DNA from: Octopus sinensis
Lineage: Eukaryota
Assembly (NCBI RefSeq): GCF_006345805.1
Contig: NW_021834136.1
Coordinates: 1-28,785, forward strand
Length of the DNA: 28,785 nucleotides
Direction of reading: 5' to 3'
The notes beneath the pieces are model-generated. The model saw only the letters and a program-made list of their open reading frames with translations, was not told the DNA's origin and did not search any database. A program made the translations under genes and the position numbers. Positions 1-9,649 of the stretch are shown here, piece by piece. Numbering within the stretch: the first letter of the stretch is position 1; each line of letters starts with the position of its first letter.

Positions 1-25
1 GACATCATCACTGACAACAACAATA

Positions 26-38
26 ACTACTACTACTA

Positions 39-85
<47 letters not shown>

Positions 86-104
86 ATACTAATACTACTA
101 CTAC
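26..104. repeat. (ACT)n microsatellite
   Basis: Near-perfect ACT trinucleotide run. Confidence 0.95.
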
Positions 105-1799
105 ATCAGATAATAATAAGAATAATATTTAAAGAAAGGTCATTTCCTATCTGCCATTCCTAATTTTTGTTTTGTCATATTCTGAACTTTATCGATTGAA
201 AAATCAAACAAACCAAAGCGAGAAAACGAACTTATGTTTATGGAAAACTGAACTAAATATTATTTGATGAGTTTCGACTTCATTGTGTCGACGTCTTTGT
301 GAATATTTGTGTTTGTTTCCTTATCTTTTCTGACTTCAAGAAAAAAAATGTAAGAAAAACTGTCTACCTTTCGACTGATAAGAATGAAGAGAAATAAAGG
401 AATAGTAACAACCATTGAAAGAGAAATAAACAATGTTGGGAATAGATATGGAAGCAAGACACACAATAAGAAAGTCTCTGTAGAGCTGCTTATTTGCTAG
501 AAATTGCAGATAATATCCCTCGAATCATACACTGGGTTAATTTACTGAGGACTTCAGCCACGCAATCTTCAATAATCGCAATATAGTCCTCATTATAAGC
601 AACGTAGCACTCAGCATACGCAATGTAGTCCAGAGTATACGCAAATAGGATAATATTGTCCTTAGTTAAGGCAAATGTTGAATACAGTGACGGCTGGAAC
701 GCATTAGATTATAGGATTAATGAATTTACGTCCAAACAGATTACATAATAAGCAAAATATATTGAATGTCTTTATATACATTTTTTGACATAAAATAGAA
801 CAGAGAATAAATATGAAGAACTTTAAGGCCCTCTGAGAACCGGATTTATAAACCAGATTAAAGGTAAGCTGGAAGCTTACCTGTAGTTCTTCTTGCCACA
901 AAAGAACTGATGCAAAGCAAATTATATTGGTTTACAATAATCCCACGACTATCGCGGATGTTACGTTCCAAAACCTCGCACAGAAATTATTAAAATCTAA
1001 AAAAAATATAAATACCTATCGGTCACAGAATCACGCGTTATACTGAGGAGTCCCGATATAAATTTACATATATTTGCCAGAAAACTGCAATGTACCGAGT
1101 GAGCGATAGATGAAACGCGATATGGCAGGGATTACGGTGCTTTGAATTTAGCATAAATACGGAAACAACTACAAATGAATAGCTTTTAATTATATAATGA
1201 AACGACTTTTACAACCACGGACTATTGTTTTCATTCACTGGTGAATAAATACTGAATTCTTTTATAGGCCACGAAGCCAGAGCATTAAGATGGGAGGGGG
1301 CAAAAAATGTCACTCATATCAATTCTAATACATGAACGGCGCTTTTTTTTATCAAACATGGATGGATGAAAAGTAAATATGACAACAGTGGAATTTGAGA
1401 GTTTTAGGTCCATCATTAAATATAATACGAGGTTTTGTTCGACGCTCTACCATTTATACTAACCCAAAGCAGTCACAATGGTATCTAATAGAAAAAAATC
1501 ATTTATTGTGATAATGGCTCAAGAGAGAAGTAAATATAATGACGATTCAAAAAAGGTAAAAAAAAAGAGAGGTAACTATCAACTACAGTGGCTATCTATA
1601 AGAAACTAATGGACATCATACAACAAAGTGTTTCATAGGTAAATAGCAAGAAAGCTTAGATATAAATTTATATTATATATTTTATATACTTATTTTCTTC
1701 ACTAATCTAGCTCGATTCCCTACTTTCTCCCTCTGTACACATACATACATACATACATACATACATAAATACATACATACATACATACATATGTATATA

Positions 1800-1843
<44 letters not shown>

Positions 1844-1970
1844 GAAAGAATAGCCAAAACTTTTTGACTGCTATTTCTAAATTCGGTGTGTGGTGAGGCA
1901 AATCGTTGCTAAACCCTTAATTACTTAGTATATATATATATATATAAACAAACATACACATACATTTATA

Positions 1971-3023
1971 TATTGGGTCATACCATAAATAATGCGGTTT
2001 TTTATGCTTCTTTTATTTTTCCAAATTAATATTAAACAAAGTGCTTTTTAATCTAAAATATTCTCTCCTTCATTTTCTACAATGCTCTACTATCTATCTG
2101 GTAGACTTGAAGGGCCTCTCTTCCAAAATTCCTTTTTCCGTGACAAAAAATACTCCTCCAGTACTGTTCTGACCTCGTCTACAAAATTCATATTTTTTCC
2201 GTCCAGCTCATTTTGAAGACTGCGGAATAAACGATAATGAGATGGGGCAAATCCGGTGAATGTGGTTGGGGCATAGTTTCCAATTCAAACTGCTCCAACC
2301 TTTGGAATGTCATCCTCGCTCTATGTGACCTAGCATTATTCTGATGGAAGAACACCTTACGTCTTGAAACCAAAGATGGTCGTCACCAGTCACTACTTGG
2401 TCCAAAAACGGTACATTCGTGAGAGGTACAGAAAAGAAGAGTACACATTCACTCTCTCCGCGAGATTAGACTCGGAAAGCTTGTGAGGAACCCATTGACC
2501 TAAGTTACTGACTTTTCCGATGAAGCGCAGGTGTCAATGAATGGTTGAATGATCAAATCCAAACTACTCTGCTACTTCCTCGACAGTTACTATGGGATTT
2601 TGTTCCATCAGAGCTTTCAAGACGTCCTCGTCGAGTTCTACAGATCTTGCATGATGAGGCCCGCCTCCGAGGCTGTAGTTTGAGGCTCGAAATTTCTAGA
2701 ACCAGTATTGATACTGTCTTACGCTTATTGTCCGATGCCCATATACTGCATTTATATTCCTCGCACTTTCCGTTGCATTGTTGCCTTTATAAAGCTAAAT
2801 ATGCAGAATATGCTCCTTTGTCACTTTCATTATAGATTTCTAAAAAAAATAGCTGTCAAAAACGAACTGCACTCTTCAAAACTTGCACTAACAATAAGCC
2901 CAAGGTAAAATTACTACCTGCTTTTATAGCAAGTTGATGCAGGTAGGTTATCTTGTCAACCAGACTTTTAGTTTATGTAATTGAAAAAGAAAAAAAACGC
3001 ATTAATTCTGGGATGAGCATATA
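1971..3023 (-). mobile_element. Internally deleted mariner (Tc1/mariner) element with both diverged TIRs
   Basis: The minus strand reads GKVSNLGQWVPHKLSESN (WVPHEL motif), then VVTGDD. After a deletion it continues VFFHQNNARSH...PQPHSPDL (HDNARPH and YSPDL motifs). Ends TATTGGGTCATACCATAAATAATGCGGTTTTT (1971-2002) and AAAAAAACGCATTAATTCTGGGATGAGCATATA (2991-3023) are imperfect inverted repeats in a TA context. About 1.05 kb versus ~1.3 kb for a full mariner. Confidence 0.9.
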
Positions 3024-3424
3024 TATATATAAATGTGTATATGAATATGCGGGAGCAACTGATTTGTCGAAAACGTATCTTGTGAATTGCTCGAAATACG
3101 AAGTAGAAACACAACCGACAACTGATGAAGTGTCCTTTTTTATGTTGCCTGTCTTGTTTTCCATTTGTTTCTTTCGTTGTTCGCAAAAGAAAATCGTATT
3201 CCATGTTTTCGTATTTCGTATGTCATGTTGTTTACGTAATGTGGAGTCCTGTGCCAATATATGCATGCGTATATACATATATATGTAAGTATGTGCATAT
3301 ATCTATGTATATATGCATATATGTTTATATATTATTTATATTATTATATGACTGACCGCCACGCATCCATTTCCAAGTAAGTTTTAAATATAGAGAGAGA
3401 CAGACAGGTAGATAGAGAGAGCGA

Positions 3425-3474
3425 GCTAGATAGATGGATAGATAGATAGACAGAGAGACAGACAGACAGATATG

Positions 3475-3566
<92 letters not shown>
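3425..3566. repeat. (ATAG)n/(ACAG)n microsatellite
   Basis: Long GATA tetranucleotide run. Confidence 0.95.
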
Positions 3567-3759
3567 CATCTAATTTTACATGCATTTTTATTTTTTGTGT
3601 TTCATCTTCCGGGTGGAGTGTAGCACTTGCAAATATGTGGTTTGATAGAGTATTTTTGGCATTAATGAAACATGTTTTTGATTAGTGTAGTTTGGGGAAG
3701 CCAAAACAAGGGATTGCGGAGGAAAAGAACCAGAGATATTCAATTAAGGAGTCGGGAAA

Positions 3760-3862
3760 GAGAAGAAGAAGAAGAAGAAGAAGAAGAAAGAAGAAAAGAG
3801 AAGAAGAAGAAGAGAAGAACAACAACAACAACAACAACAACACAACAACCACAACAACAGCA
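3760..3862. repeat. Compound (GAA)n(AAC)n microsatellite
   Basis: GAA run passing directly into an AAC run; this is the source of the poly-E/R/N/T ORFs. Confidence 0.95.
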
Positions 3863-4021
3863 GCACAGGAGTTTATTCAGCAGTGGTTGAAAGAAAGAAG
3901 CCTAAAGAATATATTATGCCTGGGTAAGTATCCTTAGCATTGTTTCATCAGTTTGACACAAAGCTAATGTTATCCACATAAAATGTCTAAATAGTTAATA
4001 CATACATACATACATACATGC

Positions 4022-4344
4022 GGAGGCGCAATGGCCCAGTGGTTAGGGCAGCGGACTCGCGGTCATAGGATCGCGGTTTCGATTCCCAGACCGGGCGTTG
4101 TGATCCCTGCTGTACTCTCTCACCACAACTTTCTCTCACTCTTACTTCCTGTTTCTGTTATACCTGTATTCAAAGGGCCGGCCTTGTCACTCTCTGTGTC
4201 ACGCTGAATATCCCCGAGAACTACGTTAAGGGTACACGTGTCTGTGGAGTGCTCAGCCACTTACACGTTAATTTCACGAGCAGGCTGTTCCGTTGATTCG
4301 GATCAACCGGAACCCTCGTCGTCGTAACCGACGGAGTGCTTCCA
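4022..4344 (+). mobile_element. tRNA-derived SINE (family B here), apparently young, with 10-bp target-site duplication
   Basis: Pol III A box TGGCCCAGTGG (4032-4042) and B box GTTTCGATTCC (4076-4086) in a tRNA-like head. CpG-rich body. Flanked by direct repeat ACATACATGC at 4012-4021 and 4345-4354. Confidence 0.9.
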
Positions 4345-4400
4345 ACATACATGCAAGTAAACACGTGTAAATACATGCGTTTGCGCATGCTCGGACTACA

Positions 4401-4552
4401 TTGGCCGTGTGGTAAGAAGCTTGCTTCCCAACTACATGGTTCCTGGTCCAGTCCCACTGCGAGAAACCTTGAGTAAGTGTCTTCTACTATAGCTTCGGGC
4501 CGACAAAGCTTTGTAAGTTGATTTTGTAAACGAAAACTGAAAGAAGCCCGTC

Positions 4553-4599
<47 letters not shown>

Positions 4600-4755
4600 C
4601 GTGTGTGTGTGCACCTCCACCATCGCTTGATAACCGATGTTGGTGTGTTTACGTTCTCATAACTTAGCGGTTCGGTGAAACAACCGATAGAATAAGCATT
4701 AGGTGTACAAAGAATAAGTCCTGAGGCCGATTTATTCGACTAAAGGCGGTGCTCC
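4401..4755 (+). mobile_element. tRNA-derived SINE (family A here) with internal (AT)n(GT)n tract
   Basis: Shares head, CTTCTACTATAGC, GAAACTGAAAGAAGCCCGTC-like block, internal microsatellite and CGACTAAAGGCGGTGCTCC tail with five other copies in the window. Confidence 0.9.
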
Positions 4756-6077
4756 TGTATGAAATATACACACACATACACAAACACACATATATATATG
4801 TATATGAATATATATATGTATGCATGTACATGTATGTATACATATGTGTGAGTGTGTGTTTGAGTGTGTATGTATATTCAAGTGCATACATAATATATGC
4901 CTATGTGTGTATAACTATCTCACTATTATTCAAGAATTATGCCCCTGAGATTTCCTAGGGGCTCATCATATAATTTGCTAACTCAGTCTCATATTGGCTT
5001 CTGTGTTTAAGGCTAATGGAAAATTCTCTGCCAAATGATGGCAGCAGAGTTAGTGAACCACATTGGCTTGGAAATTTAGAAAATCTGCTAAACATAGAAT
5101 ATGATACAAAATGATTAAAAGTTACTATCAAACATTTCTGTATAAAAATTTATTGTTAGAGATACGTTCATGTGCGCGCACACATACACACATATCCACA
5201 CACCCACAAATGCATTCAGAACGACACGCACAAACTAACACACATGTATTTAAGAAAGAGTACGAGAAAATGAAGAAAACAAAGTGGAACATCTTTAGAA
5301 CATTTACAATTTGATGTCAAAGAAGGAAATCTTCTATAAGTTTGGCATCGTACTATAATAATGCTTTATAAAATCATTGAAGACTTTGAAGATGAATGGA
5401 AGTTTGTTCCACAAGATTCTAATATTAGGTCCAATATTGCCCACAGAAACATTAACTGATCAACACTACCCTTAAATTCTGAAGCTGTTTATCAGACTCA
5501 ATCTATAAATAAGTTACAGTTGTGCAACAAATGTATAGTATATTATTTTTCATAGACCGCGTAAAAGAAAAGGGGCCAACAGTTGATGTAGAATATTAAT
5601 GCATCCATTTACGTAAGTCTAACAATACTGTTGCCTAATAATACGGAGTTGAAAATAACACCATTACGAGGCTTGACTTAATAGAAAAGGTGTACAGCTA
5701 CGAAGTGAATTTGAAAGAAAAAATTAACTATATAGCGACTAAAATAGATTGCTTCCAGTTATGATACGCAGGAGAAGATATTTAAACCTGAAGACCTTAC
5801 AAAAAGCAATACACAATTTTCTCTAGAGGTGTGAATCACGATCTAAAGAACTTAGGCCTGGCCCTACACTGGCCGAAACTTGGCTGAGTTATTTATGTTA
5901 TATTTATATATGTACGGCAATGAACTGAATATGAAGATATGAATTTTAGCGATAGATTTTCATCAAACTATTAATATTTAAAACATAAGTTGACTACTTA
6001 ATTAAAACCTTAAATAGGCCACCATATAACGATTGTACAAGATTGTACTCTATCAAATATTTCAACTAACACAACTG

Positions 6078-6109
<32 letters not shown>

Positions 6110-6674
6110 ATGTATGAATGTAAATATATTTAGTAAGAAAAAAGAGGAGGAGAATTTCGATTACCTCCCCCACCCACGTGTTGTGCTGTAATGCAAAATA
6201 TATATATATAAAATAAAAGAACGAAAATGCACACAGTTTACATAGTTTTAATGTATTTTTAATATATTTTATAATTGAAAGAGTATTGTGTTTGTCGACC
6301 GGTTTCGTGTTCGCAAATCAATCATGACATTGAAATTATTGAAATTTCATATTTTCTTAAGATTTTAGCCAATGTTCTTGTATGGACGTTTGTGAACGAA
6401 TCAACTAGTGGAAACATTTAATCGGAGGTAATTACTGGTCGTTATTATTCGGGACAGGAGAGGTAATTGCTCATTTTGTGGTGATGTGGTGGGGATAAAG
6501 AAATATACAAAAGCTCAAAACCTAAAGTAGTGAAATGAAATATGTACAATGATGAATATGTGATCATGAATTAAAATATATACTGAGACGAAAGTTGGTT
6601 ATGCGTTCATATTTAGATGTGTTCTGTATTTTTCGATGAATGCATTTTCTTTATTCAAAAGTTCTGCGGATTAG

Positions 6675-6880
6675 GTGAAGACAAAAGCGACGAAGAGGTT
6701 AAAAGACATCACTTCAAGAGAGTTCCAAGACTGCTTTGAGCAGTGGAAAAGGCGTCTGGACCGATGCATTGCTTCACATGCAGAATAATTTGAAGGCGAT
6801 AAAAGTGTAAACACGTGTAACTAAATAAATAAGATCATATTGCAAAATTCCGGTTTGTTTTGGGTACCAGCTTGCATGTA
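6675..6880 (+). mobile_element. mariner transposase 3' fragment with terminal inverted-repeat-like end
   Basis: Translates VKTKATKRLKDITSREFQDCFEQWKRRLDRCIASHAE*FEGD, matching the mariner C-terminal W..RW.KC....G.YFE motif. Followed by AAAATTCCGGTTTGTTTTGGGTACC, which resembles a mariner end. Confidence 0.8.
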
Positions 6881-7005
6881 TAGATTGCTTGAAGTGGTAG
6901 ATAGATTGTAAATATTTAGAAAAAGGGGATTCAAATAAAGAATATTTATTGATCACGTGATTTCAGACTTCCTTCGGATTTTGAATGCCGCGCATACATA
7001 CATAC

Positions 7006-7051
<46 letters not shown>

Positions 7052-7341
7052 ATAATATATATATATATATATATTTATAATATATATATATATATATATA
7101 ATGGTTGTATACTGTCAATCTAACACGAACGTGACAGTAGGGTGGTACACCACCGCTATTTAGCCCTAGGAAGCATCGACGCTCCTGATAGCTTTGACAC
7201 ATTTTTCCTTGTCCTTATATACATTTACGAAGGGGAGACAAACACTCCCAGCCGCCCGGTGTTGCATCTAGGGACACGTGTTCAGCATGATTGTCATTCG
7301 TCGGCCTAGAGTAGTAGACACCGGTCAGCTGACGATATATA

Positions 7342-7391
<50 letters not shown>

Positions 7392-7395
7392 TATA

Positions 7396-8830
7396 TATTA
7401 ATTAGAGATAAAACCACTATTAGGCAAATCAAAACAGTGAAAAACATAAACCAATAAATAGAAATAAATTAATAACATAATATACAAAATATAAAATTCA
7501 AAATTTAAATTATTTAAATTTAAATTTAAAGTTTAAATTTTAAAAGTGTCTAAATTATTAATTTATACTTATAAATTTATATATATATATATATTATTTT
7601 TATTTCTATTATTATTATTTTTTATTATTATTTATTATTTATCATTATTTATCATTATTTTTTTTAATAAATATAACTATCAAAAAGAATTAAAAGTTTA
7701 ATATAAGATAAAGAGTAAAACCACTACGATCGTTTCATGCCCATAATCTAATTCGAATAATAATAATTTAAATCCAATTAATAATTCGAATTATGGTTAT
7801 AGTCAATCTTCAGGATAATGATAATATTTAAATAAATAATCAAAAATATCTAAACAATATTTTTTAAGAAATAAATAAAATAATAATTTTTCTTATAAAA
7901 AAATCTATTATCAAACTAGAAACATTAACGATTATAATTATGTCATACAATCGATTATAATGTTAAATATTAATTTTTATGTATTAATTTTTAAGGTAAG
8001 AAACCCACAAATAATCTAATCTCAGTTATAGTCAATATCTAATTACATAAATATTTTACAAAAAAAAATGACTATTCATATTATTAAATATAATTTCAAG
8101 TCAAATGATTATATAATATTTGAATAATAACTAAATTATCAATGAAAATATATAAATGTATATAAATATAAGAATTAAGATCTAAACTTATCTCTATCAA
8201 TAAATATATATTCACGTATAATAAAGACTTAATAAATTAATTATTCATTATTACTTATAAAAATATTAAAAGATTAAAGATGAAATAGCAAATTGTAAAC
8301 AAACAAACAATCTTAAAAGAACGCTATAACTAATTAACGATCCATATATCTCGTTGGCTAACTAATAACTTTCAAAAATCGTATAGTTAAGAAGCTAAAA
8401 TGAAATAATAAAATACTTAATGAAATAATCAATCCGTAGTTATATAGTATCAAATAAATACTACAAATATATTTATCAATGGAAAAAATATTACTACCAA
8501 TTATCAATTTAAAAAAAAAACATTATATAAGTTATAATAACAATTATAAAAAATTAAAATAACTATCAACAAATACAGTTATTTAAGACTAAAATGTATG
8601 CTATCAATACATGTATATACATGAAACCTAACTTAAATAAAAACTCGTATAACTGTTAACCATCTATATATCTCTTTGGCTAAGCAAAGTCTTACGAATA
8701 AACGTAAAGTTAAAATCTAATAATATAGAAAAAACTGAGATAACTAGATCATTACATAACCATCATTATTTATATAAAATACAATATTATACAAAAAGAC
8801 TTATTAAAATATTTAAATTTTAAAATTAAA
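7396..8830. repeat. Extremely AT-rich interspersed repeat, possibly derived from a Penelope-like element or retrozyme
   Basis: About 1.4 kb of very G-poor sequence between (AT)n tracts. Motif AGAGTAAAACCAC/AGAGATAAAACCAC occurs at ~7401, ~7712 and again at ~18801. Internal diverged repeat at ~8325-8370 versus ~8648-8692. Hammerhead-like motif on the minus strand at 7714-7820. Confidence 0.4.
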
Positions 8831-8913
8831 AAATCTTGAATATAAATATATACTTATTTTGCGAGGTTTGTGATGATATATTTATATATAATAATATATA
8901 TATATTATATATA

Positions 8914-8959
<46 letters not shown>

Positions 8960-9090
8960 CAGGTGTGGAAATTACGGGGCATGTGTTTGCGTGTGTAGTG
9001 TGGTATATATCCTTTTATTCTTTGCTACCAAAAACTGCGACCATGCTGGGGCACCACCGCTGCAATCTGAGGGTGACTGCTAACATAAAG

Positions 9091-9124
<34 letters not shown>

Positions 9125-9229
9125 AAAGTATGCATATATATTTATATATAATAAGTATACATATATGTGTATATATATGTATGTATATATGTATGTATAC
9201 ATATATATGTCAGTATTTATGTATATACA

Positions 9230-9620
9230 TGTGTTAAGAAGCTTGCTTCCCAACCAGATGGCTCTGGGTTCAGTCCCACTGCGTGTCACCATGGACAAGT
9301 GACTTCTGCTATAGCCCCGGGCCGACCAGAACCTTGTGAGTGGAGTTGATAGGAGGAAGCTGAAAGAACTCCGTCGTATATATGTTTGTGTGTGTGTGTG
9401 TGTTTGTTTGTTCGTTTCTGAGTTTGTGTTTCTCTTCTCACCATCGCTCGACAACCGATGTTGGTGTGTTTTCGCACCCATTATCTAGCAGTTCAAAAGC
9501 GACCAATAGAATAGGTACTGGGCTTACAAAGTATAAGTTCTGGGGCCGATTTGTTCAACTAAAGGCGGTGCCTGAGCATGGCTGCTATCAAATGACTGAA
9601 ACAAATAAAGGTAAAAAGTA
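9230..9620 (+). mobile_element. SINE family A copy
   Basis: Collinear with the 4401-4755 copy, including the internal (GT)n tract and tail ...AAATGACTGAAACAAATAAAGG. Confidence 0.9.
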
Positions 9621-9649
9621 GAACATACCTTTTTGTTTTAATATAATAA

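Noticed and set aside
260-466. Hydrophobic minus-strand ORF (LCVLLPYLFPTLFISLSMVVTIPLFLFILISRKVDSFSYIFF...) resembling a transmembrane tail
   Set aside because: It starts at TTG with a stop 11 codons upstream, T-rich DNA yields such hydrophobic runs by chance, and I see no convincing family motif.
3053-3092. GAGCAA-CTGA...GAAAA...TTGCTC, a fourth hammerhead-like outline, with a CTGATGA at 3122-3128
   Set aside because: The 6-bp outer stem is real, but the NGA, stem II and the NUH triplet are missing. Too broken to call, though worth including when building repeat consensus sequences.
3881-3923. Possible plus-strand exon (VVERKKPKEYIMPG) with donor GG|GTAAGT
   Set aside because: No pyrimidine tract; the acceptor follows an (AAC)n microsatellite.
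5340-5890. Short protein-like stretches (MLYKIIEDFEDEWKFVPQD..., ITRLDLIEKVYSYEVNLKEK...) and a candidate exon at 5556-5612
   Set aside because: The frames are short and not linked, there is no recognisable motif, and the candidate exon has stops in all frames.
7100-7335. GC-richer block between (AT)n tracts ending in CTGACGA
   Set aside because: Probably an interspersed repeat, but there is no second copy in the window. The hammerhead box is followed directly by (TA)n with no GAAA.
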